A DNA stretch of 64,000 nucleotides, taken from assembly GCA_958296135.2 (NCBI GenBank), contig CATQHZ020000001.1:4064001-4128000 (forward strand), read 5' to 3'. Made by a program: the position numbers and the translations under genes. The notes below the pieces were generated by a model, which was not told the DNA's origin, did not search any database, and saw only the letters and a list, made by a program, of their open reading frames with translations. Shown here in pieces: positions 50,820 to 60,239 of this stretch (position 1 is the first letter of the stretch; the number at the start of each line of letters is the position of its first letter). The stretch is from an uncultured Poribacteria bacterium. GTDB taxonomy: Bacteria > Poribacteria > WGA-4E > WGA-3G.

Positions 50820-52676
50820 CTACTTCCGGATGAGCATCTTCCGCGTTGCCGCGAAATCGCCCGTTGTGAGGGTATAAAAATAAACCCCGCTTGCGACAGG
50901 TTCGCCGACTGCATTTTTGCCATCCCAATACGCCGCACGGTGACGGCCTTCAAAGATACCCGCAGGCTGTTGCCCTAATGCCAATGTGCGGACCCACTTC
51001 CCATCAGCGGCGTGGATAGAGACAGTGACTTTCGCCGGGTTTGCCAACCGATACGGTATCCATGTTTCCGGATTGAACGGATTCGGGTAGTTGGCAAGCA
51101 GGACTGTCTCTGTCGGGGTTAACGCCGCCAAGAGTTGCTGCAGGTAGCGCATCCCGGGCTGATACTTGGCATCGGTAAGGGAGAATTGTTCCGCCTGCGT
51201 TAACCAATGCCGCACGTCCGCAGCGGAGAGTGTACCAACGGCACGTCCGGAGATGGCAGGCGCGCCTGCGCCACCGCCTATTGCACTTGCCACCAAAACA
51301 AGATCTGCGATATCAACGATACCATCACCGTTGACATCCGCATACTCATTCTGCCGCCCAAATAGCGAGGCTACAAGAACGAGATCTTGGATATTGACGA
51401 CACCATCACGATTTGCATCACCTGTGACTACCGAACGCACTACTTGCGCATCCTGAACGCGCGCAAAAGTCCGGTTCCCATCTGGATCAACCAAAATGAT
51501 TGGCCATAATCTTAAGATGGAGGTTTCCGTGCGGATAACCAAGAAGGTTAAGGTTGCAAGCGTCCCAGAACCTTTTCCCGGATTCACAAGGGATGTCCCC
51601 GCAACCGTAACACTGTCAATATCCGTGCCGGAATTTTCATTCAGCACCGGCGGCACCGTAAAGGCTCCTGTAGGCAGAAAATCCCCGGGCTCGCTGCTTA
51701 AAAAACGGAGGTTTCGAGAGTGATACGAAATGGTGGCTTGATAGCCCATAATCTCGCTCGCCTCGGCAACCTCCAAATTCACTGTCAGAGACTCGCCTAC
51801 GTCAGGCAGTTCCACCGGCGAAGGAGCCAGCGAAACCAATACCTTTGTTGCTGTCGTCAGCGGTGCAAGTTCATCAAAGAAACTCTGCTGATCCGTTGCC
51901 TCCTTCGGATAGATTGTGACAGCGTCGTGTGTCGCAGCGTCAAAGTGCAAGTTCATGTAACCATCACCACCCCATTCGCTACACCGAAAAACAAGAACAT
52001 TCGCACCCCTCCGTAACCGAATGGCCACGTTGAAGTTCACCTGGGTCGCGCTCCCCGTTACCCAGTGAGAGTTGTTATACCATTTTTCGCCGTTGAGCCA
52101 GATTTGCGCGTGGTCATCGTGCGCCGGTGACATCACCGCTGTCATCGCGCGCGGCGCATCAATCACGATAACACCGTAAGTCTCAATGTAATCTCTGGGA
52201 CCGCCTCTACCCATATTGTGCGCATCCGCCGAATCAATTTCAAAGACGCTCCACCCGCGCGTCCCGCCATGGTCGGCTCCCCATTCCACATCAGTTGTCT
52301 GTGTGAGAAACAAACCTTCAAGCGTTGAAAGGGAAGCATCGGTAATTGCGCCGTCTGTACCTTCGACCATGAGATCTTGGATGGCAGCGGCTCCTTCATA
52401 GCGAAGCCCTGGCAAGGTAGAGTCTGAGAACCCACCGTTGTTTTCGTAGTTGCCATCAGGTCCGTACCACTTGGTAATCCACGTTTCCACTCGTGAATGG
52501 TCTTCGCTCAATGGGGTACCTATTGGGTCTACTAAGAGCTTGTCTTCAGTTAGAGGACCGCCAGCAATATTTACAACAACTTGGGCTGGTTCCCCTATAA
52601 TCTGAGGCGTTTGCGAGTGCGCGCTTTGCATCAGCACACACCATGCAAGTGCCATTAAAAACAGTTTTTTGCACAC
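50820..52676 (-). CDS. Secreted cohesin + dockerin + FlgD-Ig/T9SS-like C-terminal domain protein
   Basis: Same C-terminal architecture as 48994..50712, different N-terminus; GTG start with AGGAG RBS. Confidence 0.85.
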   Translation of the reverse strand: MCKKLFLMALAWCVLMQSAHSQTPQIIGEPAQVVVNIAGGPLTEDKLLVDPIGTPLSEDHSRVETWITKWYGPDGNYENNGGFSDSTLPGLRYEGAAAIQDLMVEGTDGAITDASLSTLEGLFLTQTTDVEWGADHGGTRGWSVFEIDSADAHNMGRGGPRDYIETYGVIVIDAPRAMTAVMSPAHDDHAQIWLNGEKWYNNSHWVTGSATQVNFNVAIRLRRGANVLVFRCSEWGGDGYMNLHFDAATHDAVTIYPKEATDQQSFFDELAPLTTATKVLVSLAPSPVELPDVGESLTVNLEVAEASEIMGYQATISYHSRNLRFLSSEPGDFLPTGAFTVPPVLNENSGTDIDSVTVAGTSLVNPGKGSGTLATLTFLVIRTETSILRLWPIILVDPDGNRTFARVQDAQVVRSVVTGDANRDGVVNIQDLVLVASLFGRQNEYADVNGDGIVDIADLVLVASAIGGGAGAPAISGRAVGTLSAADVRHWLTQAEQFSLTDAKYQPGMRYLQQLLAALTPTETVLLANYPNPFNPETWIPYRLANPAKVTVSIHAADGKWVRTLALGQQPAGIFEGRHRAAYWDGKNAVGEPVASGVYFYTLTTGDFAATRKMLIRK

Positions 52677-53067
52677 GGAAAATCTCCTTTTTTCGTTTAA
52701 ATGCTAATCTTAACAGGGGAAAATCAAGTTCAAAATGCACTCCAATGCAACCCAAATAGCCCGCGACGCGAGCAGCGCGTGCGGGAATGAAGACAAAACG
52801 GCACCGAAGGATTTCAATGCTAGATTGTGCTGTAGGATGATTAACGAATATGAAGGGAGAGGTAAATCGTAACTGCTCGTCAACGCAAACGGAAACGTGT
52901 GACAGCGCGACGAAGGGGCCAGACGCACACAAGGCGTGCTGCGCCTCGCGGGGCCCGGGCAGGTCTACGGCGACCTGTTTGGAAATGGCATTGAAAATTC
53001 GCTGGTTCACTGGTGTCGTTCCTCGTCCGGTTACGTTTGCAGTCCTTCACGTTTTGAATTTGCATCA

Positions 53068-53194
53068 ATTATCGCGAAAAACGCAAAAAATGTCAAGTTT
53101 TTGCATTTTTCGCGAATACGTTTAAACTGGTGCGAAAACATTGCCGACAATTTCAAAACTGATTCAATTTTAGCAAATTTTGCATTTTTGTCAA
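53068..53194 (-). promoter_or_regulatory. Tandem sigma-70 promoters
   Basis: Minus strand TTGACA-N16-TAAAAT (53194-53167) and TTGACA-N17-GATAAT (53096-53068). Confidence 0.65.
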
Positions 53195-53256
53195 GTTTTT
53201 TCTGGAAAAACAGAACGATTCAGTTGTCTGTAAATCCGCGATTCAGACAGCAGAAA

Positions 53257-54186
53257 TCACCCGACCAAATACTGAAACACCGCCGACAAATTATCATCGG
53301 GCGAATAAAGTTGCGATACTTCCAAGTCGTGTTCGACGAGCAGCTGCGGGAGACGCGCATAAAACGCATCCGGCTTCGCTGTCTCGATGATGACATCGCC
53401 ATTGATACCGCCGAAGGTGACGCTCAGAATGTCGTCAAAGGGGAGGCAGACCGCGGCCAAGCGACGCGGTTCGGCGGCATTCAAGTAGACCTTGTGCGGG
53501 TGCCCGTCGATGAGTTCGCGGATATCGGAGATGGTGCCCTCCGCCAAAATACGTCCCTGATGGATAAGCAAGATTGTCTCTGTTATCGCCTCTATCTCGT
53601 AGAGGATATGGCTTGAGACTACCATGCTGATGCCTTGTTCGGCGAGTTCGGCGAGAAGATTGAGGATGTGCCGCCTACCAATCGGATCCAACCCGGTCAA
53701 CGGTTCGTCAAGGAAAAGGAGTTCGGGTTCATGCAGGAGTGCCTGCGCGAGTTTGATGCGCTGCCGCATCCCCTTGCTGTATGAACCAATCGGTCTGTCC
53801 TTCGCTGAAAACATGTCAACGGTTTCAAGGGCGCGCAGACTTCGTTCTGCCCCCTCCGTTTTATCATAACCACTCAACGTGGCGAAGAAGGCGATGAACT
53901 CAAAGCCGCTCATAAATTGGTAGGCGAGTTCTATATCTGGACAGTAGCCCACCTGCCGTGTGAGCCCTGGGTTGTTCCAAACAGGTTGCTCTAGCACGGT
54001 GACGGTGCCTTGGTTCGGCTTGAGTTGTCCGGTCATCACTTTGATGAGGCTTGTTTTTCCTGCACCATTCGGGCCGAGTAAGCCGGTTATCCCCGGATAC
54101 ATCGTCAACGTCACATCGTTGACACCCATCACCTCGCCATACCATTTGGAGAGGTTTTCTGTGCGGACAATTGCTTCGTTATTCAT
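53257..54186 (-). CDS. ABC transporter ATP-binding protein
   Basis: GPNGAGKT, YSKGMRQR, LDEP, SSH. Confidence 0.95.
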   Translation of the reverse strand: MNNEAIVRTENLSKWYGEVMGVNDVTLTMYPGITGLLGPNGAGKTSLIKVMTGQLKPNQGTVTVLEQPVWNNPGLTRQVGYCPDIELAYQFMSGFEFIAFFATLSGYDKTEGAERSLRALETVDMFSAKDRPIGSYSKGMRQRIKLAQALLHEPELLFLDEPLTGLDPIGRRHILNLLAELAEQGISMVVSSHILYEIEAITETILLIHQGRILAEGTISDIRELIDGHPHKVYLNAAEPRRLAAVCLPFDDILSVTFGGINGDVIIETAKPDAFYARLPQLLVEHDLEVSQLYSPDDNLSAVFQYLVG

Positions 54187-55240
54187 CGGACCCTCCGTGT
54201 ACCGTAGGGCGCGGGCCTGTCCCTCGCCGTGCTGCAGTTTGCCCAAAACTGTCCATGTTTTCGCGAATTTCCAAGGTCGCCTCCAGATTCTGGATGCCTG
54301 CCGTGGTGCCGATGGCGGTGACGCAGGCGGCACCGGTTGCAGCGGCGAGTTCCGCTGTCGCCTTCAAATCCCATCCCATTACCGTTCCTGCGAGAAATCC
54401 TGCAACGTAGGCATCGCCTGCACCCGTCGTATCCACGACGTTGACGGGATATGCAGGCACGAAAATCTCTTCCGAAGGATGTTGAGAGCGGGAGGGCTCT
54501 CCTACCGGCCCCCTGCAGACGTAGCTGCCTTGTGTGCCCATTTTAATGCCGACGGTGTGGATGCCGTAGGCTCTGAAAAATTGGGAGATTTCACGCAACG
54601 GCGGCGATTCGCGCCCCGAGGCATCCCCTACCAAGTGTTGGGCTTCTACCAAACTTGGGAGGAAAATGTCAACGTAAGGCAGGCACGGTTCCAAGGTTTC
54701 TAACCATTTTCCGGTTGCATCCCAGGCGGTATCAAGCGAGGTGGTTATTCCGAGTGCCTTCGCTTTTCGGAGGACGTTTGCCATCGGTTCACCATCAAAG
54801 TTTGGCATGACGAGTGAGCCGCCGATGTGTAGAATCTTCGCGGTTTTGATGATGTCCCAATTGAGTTCTGCCTCGCGGAGTTCGCCGTTGGCACCGAGGT
54901 AATGGCAAAAACTCCGTTCACCATCGGAGGCGACAGCAACGAAGGTGAAGGAAGTGCTCACATCGGTTTCGGAAGCATCCGCTGTCACCATGCCGGTGGT
55001 GTCCACGGCGTTTTCCGTGAGCGTTTGCAAGACGAGATTGCCGAACGCGTCGTTGCCAACTTTGCCCATCGCGCCGACAGATATGCCCAACCGCGCCAGC
55101 GCGATGGCGGTGTTATTTGCACAGCCGCCGCTGTGGATTTCCATTTCGTCAAAAAGTGCGAGTGTGCCCTTGTCGGGGAACCGGTCTATCGGCCGGCCAA
55201 GCACGTCTACGACAAAAATTCCGAGCGATAGCACATCCAT
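54179..55240 (-). CDS. PfkB family sugar kinase with REP-derived insertions
   Basis: GGCANNTA, DTTGAGDAYVAGF. Confidence 0.92.
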   Translation of the reverse strand: MDVLSLGIFVVDVLGRPIDRFPDKGTLALFDEMEIHSGGCANNTAIALARLGISVGAMGKVGNDAFGNLVLQTLTENAVDTTGMVTADASETDVSTSFTFVAVASDGERSFCHYLGANGELREAELNWDIIKTAKILHIGGSLVMPNFDGEPMANVLRKAKALGITTSLDTAWDATGKWLETLEPCLPYVDIFLPSLVEAQHLVGDASGRESPPLREISQFFRAYGIHTVGIKMGTQGSYVCRGPVGEPSRSQHPSEEIFVPAYPVNVVDTTGAGDAYVAGFLAGTVMGWDLKATAELAAATGAACVTAIGTTAGIQNLEATLEIRENMDSFGQTAARRGTGPRPTVHGGSDE

Positions 55241-55286
55241 TTGTTTACCTCTGCGAACGAAGCATGGCGAGGGCCAGACCTTCGCC

Positions 55287-57341
55287 CTACGGGGCTGTGG
55301 GCCGTTTTGACGCAAACATTATCACTAACGTTTCGTCAGTAGCCTGCTGAACTTCCGCCGTGTTCCTGACCGGGCGCGATGTCCACCCAATCTGCATCGC
55401 GTTCTCTGAATTCAAAAGATATTGTAACACACCTTCGCGCTGTAGGATTTGCGCGAACGCCTTTCGGGGGCCGTCAAGTCCCTCGTCGGGTGGCACTCTT
55501 TTTCGGGTTGTGTCTACTCGGGTCAGGTGCGCTGAATCTATAGACGCTTTATCCCACGAGAAAAATACCTCTTCTACATAAGTCCGCGGATGCCACGGTT
55601 CCACGACTGCTGCACGCACTTGAAATGCAGTGCCTTGGAGGGCTGTTCCTAACCCGCTGCCGGCTGCGCGCTCCACCGGCTCTAACGGACGAATAAAGGT
55701 GCTTTGCGGCAGGTTCATTAATGTTTCTTCACGCGCTGCTGCCCGAAGCGCGACGTAACGCTGTAAATGCGCGCGGTTCCGTTCCGGATAGAGAGATACA
55801 ATGCCGACGCGGTCTGCAGCGATGCGGTTCGGCAAAACCGTTCTCGCGATGCCGAGCGCGCTGATGGACACGAGGACAAGTAACGCGCCGCCTATCCAAT
55901 AGCTGCGTGGCGGCCGCCCGCCCGATGCCCGCGCCCTACGGGGACGCGGCGGCTTTTTACGACGCGCGCGTTGCTTAAAGATGAAGAGCACACCGCCGAA
56001 ACTGAACAGATACACCGGGAACGCAATCGCGAGGAGTTTAATGAGCGGCACCTGTGTCGGCATTTTTTTTAGGAACTGTGCGGCAATCTTCTCCTCGTGG
56101 CTGCGGTGCGGCGCATACCGGTCTGCGAGGTGCCGGGCCGATTTGCCGTGTGTTTCAAGCAGCCTGCGCCAGAAGGTTTCACCTGTCTCTTGTTCTGCCG
56201 AGAGATTGCGGGGGACAGGCCCCCGCACTACGGTAAATGGACGTTTTTCATTCTGCATGCCATAGGATGTCCGCCCGCCTGTGTCCCTCGCCATGCCACG
56301 CGCATTAAAAAGCGCGTCATAGTCAAACGCAAAACAGAGAATCTGACCTTCCCCAAAGTTCCGCTTCGCTATGGAGATGTCTTCGTCAGTGCCTAGCACC
56401 ACTTGGCAGCCATTTTTCGGTTTGAAGACAATGCGTTCGTGTCTTCCGGGCGGAGTCGCGACCGGGAGGGCGCGCCTACCGGTTTGGGATGTCTCAGCAG
56501 TTTCCACGCCGATTAACTGGACCGGGAGGAAGGGTTCAATGAAACTGCCTTGCAGATAGCGGAAATTGCTCCCGCCGGAGACGACGAGGGTGCCGCCGTG
56601 CTGCACCCAATCTAACAACGCAGTTTGCTGTGCTTTGGTGACGTTTCTCGCCGTGAGTGCAACCTCCCGAATGACGAGGATATCGACAGCGTCATATCCT
56701 ATCCACTGCGTGGGGAGCGCGCGTGAATTCGGCAGATACCTGACGTGCGCCTGCGCGTCCTCCCCCACTTGTTGTTTGTCCAGAAATTGCTTGAGTTTGT
56801 CCCCGCTCGGTGCCAACGCTAGCACGAAATAGTCCTTGAGTTGTATCGGTGTCGGCGGTGACATTTCTGTCGCATTAACAATACCGTAGGGCGAGTGCCT
56901 GTCCCCCGCCGCTGTTTTGTTACCAGCACCGTCCGTCTTGACAGCGTCAAGACGGCCTGGTAAACGTGGTTTCTGTCCCGGACGCTGTTGAGCAACGCCT
57001 TGCGAACAACAAAAAACTTGAATTACCAATTTTGTGGCGATTTTCGGACAGTAGATGTAGAACCGTTTCAACTGCTGTTCGGTTGCGCCGAGTTTCAGCG
57101 GCGTGGCATACCGCTGGATGAGCGCGTCTGAAAAGAAATTGCGCACCTCAATGACGAGTTCGCCGATAAACGGTTCGTGCTGACGCTGCACCGTGACATC
57201 CACTGGTGCCCATTTCCCTGTTTTGTAACCGCCGTTGAATCCGAACGTGACATTCTCCACATCCACCGCGCCGGAGGAAACCGAAGTTGTGAGCATCAAG
57301 AGGAACAGGCTTATGAGATAAGGCGTGCGGGATTGATACAT
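55287..57341 (-). CDS. Membrane protein with GATase-like domain and multiple REP-derived insertions
   Basis: Signal peptide, K.GKWAPV, YDAVD...QTALLDWV..GG.LVVSGG, two TM helices. Confidence 0.75.
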   Translation of the reverse strand: MYQSRTPYLISLFLLMLTTSVSSGAVDVENVTFGFNGGYKTGKWAPVDVTVQRQHEPFIGELVIEVRNFFSDALIQRYATPLKLGATEQQLKRFYIYCPKIATKLVIQVFCCSQGVAQQRPGQKPRLPGRLDAVKTDGAGNKTAAGDRHSPYGIVNATEMSPPTPIQLKDYFVLALAPSGDKLKQFLDKQQVGEDAQAHVRYLPNSRALPTQWIGYDAVDILVIREVALTARNVTKAQQTALLDWVQHGGTLVVSGGSNFRYLQGSFIEPFLPVQLIGVETAETSQTGRRALPVATPPGRHERIVFKPKNGCQVVLGTDEDISIAKRNFGEGQILCFAFDYDALFNARGMARDTGGRTSYGMQNEKRPFTVVRGPVPRNLSAEQETGETFWRRLLETHGKSARHLADRYAPHRSHEEKIAAQFLKKMPTQVPLIKLLAIAFPVYLFSFGGVLFIFKQRARRKKPPRPRRARASGGRPPRSYWIGGALLVLVSISALGIARTVLPNRIAADRVGIVSLYPERNRAHLQRYVALRAAAREETLMNLPQSTFIRPLEPVERAAGSGLGTALQGTAFQVRAAVVEPWHPRTYVEEVFFSWDKASIDSAHLTRVDTTRKRVPPDEGLDGPRKAFAQILQREGVLQYLLNSENAMQIGWTSRPVRNTAEVQQATDETLVIMFASKRPTAP

Positions 57342-58210
57342 AGTTGCGTCTCCACTGCGCCGTCAAAGGCGTGCGTGCTAAAAACGCCGTTGCCTAACAT
57401 AATCATTGATGCGATGCCGCCGTTTGCTTCAATCTGCGCGATTGTCTCAATAACGCGCGCATCGCTGAGCAGGCCGCTCTCCACGGAAAACTGCTTGGAT
57501 ACCTCAAAACAGGCGGTGAGGCGCTCGGAGCTCGGTTCAGTGCGCGAGAGAGTTCTCAAGACAGCCAACGCCGTGTCAGCCGCCCGATTGATACGCGCTG
57601 TCTGTTCAGGATTGCCTAGCACCGCGCTCGTCTGAATTGGGCCGAAGTACCGATAATAGATGGGTTGTTCGGCAATGGGCAATCTGTCGGCGACGAGCGG
57701 CGCGCCTTCCTGCAGTTTGACGAGGAAGCCGCCGTGATATTGCGAACAGACATCGCCCAACCCGGTCCGATTCTCCACTTCAGCGACATGCGCTATCATG
57801 GCGAGTGCCTCGGACGTTTTGCCGATGCCGAGTTGTTCGTTGAGCGCGTATGCAGTTGCGAGTGCAGCGGCACCGCTTAACCCGAAGCCACATCCTAACG
57901 GCAGTGCTGAATAAATGGACACCTTGGTTCGCGAAGGATAGCCTATCTCGCTACGGGCAACGTTTCCATCTGTGAGTTTATCCACAACGGCTTGCACTGT
58001 CGGAAAACCGATCGCCGCGCCATTAAAGCAGATTTCTGTCTCATGATGTGGGGACACGGTGACGGTGACACCCTCTTTCACGGTAAACCCCATGCCGAGG
58101 GAGTGCATCCGGGTTGCGTCGGCGTGTGGAATAATTTTGAAGATACAAGAGATGTTGCCGGGGGCAAATGCGCCGGTCATGTTTTTTGTATGTCGCAATG
58201 CGTTGTTCAT
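57311..58210 (-). CDS. Pantoate kinase (archaeal-type PoK, GHMP family)
   Basis: AFAPGNIS..F, SLG.G, PLGCGFGLSGA, AHVAEV..TGLGDV..Q.GG, SMIMLG.GVF. Confidence 0.8.
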   Translation of the reverse strand: MNNALRHTKNMTGAFAPGNISCIFKIIPHADATRMHSLGMGFTVKEGVTVTVSPHHETEICFNGAAIGFPTVQAVVDKLTDGNVARSEIGYPSRTKVSIYSALPLGCGFGLSGAAALATAYALNEQLGIGKTSEALAMIAHVAEVENRTGLGDVCSQYHGGFLVKLQEGAPLVADRLPIAEQPIYYRYFGPIQTSAVLGNPEQTARINRAADTALAVLRTLSRTEPSSERLTACFEVSKQFSVESGLLSDARVIETIAQIEANGGIASMIMLGNGVFSTHAFDGAVETQLCINPARLIS

Positions 58211-58324
58211 CTGCCGCTAGGATAAGAACATTTGCCTTAGCAGGCCGTCTTCACGGTAATCAGTCAAGTTTACACCGCCGCTCGCCTGTCTTGAGAGACA
58301 GGACCGGTGTCAAGACTTGCATAC

Positions 58325-58753
58325 CTAACTCAGCAGATTCAGATCTGCTATCTCAAAGTGCCGGTCGAACCCGAAAACATCAGCGATTTCGTATTCCTTA
58401 CAAATGACGAAACTGGTGCAATCTGTGAAGGCCAATCGGGCAGTGTTGTATTGACGAAAAAGTTCTTCAGCTTTCTTAAACCTGTCTGCATCAATTCTTC
58501 TCAGGGTTAAATCACCCTTTTCGACAGCACCATGAATGAAGTCGAGGAACTGAACGGCGGCAAAGTGGCTCGCGTCATATCTGATGCGTGTAACTGCCTC
58601 ATCAATGACGTAGTCTGTAGTGAACATTTGGACTCGCTGCTGTCGCAGCCGGTCGTGAATTGCCGTGGCCTGCGCGTGATACCCATCTCGGCGGTTTGCA
58701 CGTGCAATCCACGCGCCAGCATCGACAAAAACCTTCTCAGGTATCCAATTCAT
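58325..58753 (-). CDS. PIN-domain VapC-like toxin
   Basis: VFVDAGAW, TTDYVIDE, FTDCTSF, FGFDRHF. Confidence 0.92.
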   Translation of the reverse strand: MNWIPEKVFVDAGAWIARANRRDGYHAQATAIHDRLRQQRVQMFTTDYVIDEAVTRIRYDASHFAAVQFLDFIHGAVEKGDLTLRRIDADRFKKAEELFRQYNTARLAFTDCTSFVICKEYEIADVFGFDRHFEIADLNLLS

Positions 58754-58799
58754 AGATGACACCATGGTTGATAGAACCGTTACGCCTATACTTTGAATC

Positions 58800-59873
58800 T
58801 CAGATTTCCCGAGTCTTCCCTTTTTCCGTAGTCTCCTCGGATGCCGATGCCGCTGTGAGTGCTGCTATCTCATCAAGCCGCGCGATGGATTCGGCGTATC
58901 CTCTGTCCATGCGTACATACCGCTCTTCAAGGGTTTCCTCGCTGATATAGCGGCACTCCACACCCATCGTGAAATATCGGACGAGGCTCACGGATTGCCG
59001 AAGGATGCCCGTGAACACCGTCTGAACACTCCGGCCATCGAAGCCGAAACTATTGGCAATCTGTCGGTAGTTGCACGCCTTGCGCTGCGCCGCGCTGCCG
59101 TACTTCAACTGCTGCAATTCACGCAGAAAATGGCCGTATTTGCCAAGTTTCTCGCCACGATAGCGCAAGATATCCGTGAAACAAGCGAGATTGTCTTTCC
59201 CTTCCAACGCCTGCCGTTGCGCATCCGGCACCGTCTTTTTTAAAGCCTTGATGTTCAAGGAATCAATACAGAGCGTGTAAAGGCTTGATACGAGCGCGTC
59301 AAAATCGCGCTGTTCGTCCGGTGCTGGCACTGTCAAGTCGGCGATGTAGGGTTCCTCGCCCGCCGCCAGCAGCAACTGCCAGCCGAGGTATTCGTAACAC
59401 TTTGAGCGCAGCTCGTAATACGCTTCCCGAAACCGATGCCGGGGTTGTTCGGCATCCCTAAAGGGGATATGTTTGATGTAAGTCTCATAATACCCCTCAC
59501 TCACGCCACCATTTGGCGCGATGTTGTGCGTGCGCCAGTGCTGTTGCTCCTCATACGGTAGCCTGCTGAGGCACGGCAATAGGACACTGACCTTCTCGCC
59601 ACCGTAGTTGTCAATAGGGATGCTCCAATGCTCGTCTAGACAGACGAGGCGCATGTCCCAGACAAAATAGTCATCAGGCTTTTCTCGATATTTGTCTAAC
59701 ACCCGCGTGTCAAAATCGACAAAGATGGGGTTGTTCGTCATCCCGCGTGTCAGTGGGAAGAACACGTTTTTTGTTAAGTTCGCTGCACGCGTCAGTTCCT
59801 GCCCATTTTCGTCAACACCGATGATAAATGCAACGGGGGATTTTTGGTTCGTGCCAGTCTGTTTAGATTTCAT
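58800..59873 (-). CDS. Uncharacterized protein
   Basis: 357-aa ORF with AAGGAG RBS and its own promoter-like TTGCCA-N17-TATCAT. Confidence 0.75.
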   Translation of the reverse strand: MKSKQTGTNQKSPVAFIIGVDENGQELTRAANLTKNVFFPLTRGMTNNPIFVDFDTRVLDKYREKPDDYFVWDMRLVCLDEHWSIPIDNYGGEKVSVLLPCLSRLPYEEQQHWRTHNIAPNGGVSEGYYETYIKHIPFRDAEQPRHRFREAYYELRSKCYEYLGWQLLLAAGEEPYIADLTVPAPDEQRDFDALVSSLYTLCIDSLNIKALKKTVPDAQRQALEGKDNLACFTDILRYRGEKLGKYGHFLRELQQLKYGSAAQRKACNYRQIANSFGFDGRSVQTVFTGILRQSVSLVRYFTMGVECRYISEETLEERYVRMDRGYAESIARLDEIAALTAASASEETTEKGKTREI

Positions 59874-60047
59874 TGTTGAAATATCTCCTTTGCGCTAGGG
59901 GATTTCAAATCATTAGGACTTACGCAGAAAAGACTTCGGTAGGCGCGCGTTGTAAGCGCGCCACCGCGCCTACCGGACAGAAGATATAGATTTGCGGACT
60001 TCCTATTATGATAACATATTTCAAATCGTTTGGCAAGTTTTTGTCCG

Positions 60048-60211
60048 TCGCAAGGCGTTCGGTGAGCCTCTCTTATGCAGTGAAGGGAGTCTTCCCAGGT
60101 CATCTTGACGTTGTCAAGACTTGCAGTCTTTGGCTGCAAGAAAAGACAACGTCTTTTCGGCCTGGTAAGGGGCCGTGCTCATTGAATTCGCGGCCAAGGA
60201 ACGGATTGCGA
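60048..60211. other. Closed multi-hairpin element (candidate ncRNA or MITE-like repeat)
   Basis: Three adjacent hairpins inside CCAGG/CCTGG; outer stem TCGCAA..CGTTC/GAACG..TTGCGA. Confidence 0.5.
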
Positions 60212-60239
60212 AGCAGGAATAATTGGGCCTGTGGGAGGG

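Noticed and set aside
52936-53616. 226-aa ORF and similar overlapping ORFs in the track (e.g. 10854..11642, 22402..23190, 53960..54703)
   Set aside because: Antisense or alternative-frame shadows of well-supported genes or promoter regions, with no recognisable motifs
60095-60165. tRNA gene
   Set aside because: Three-nucleotide loops; no TTCGA T-loop, D-loop GG or anticodon loop
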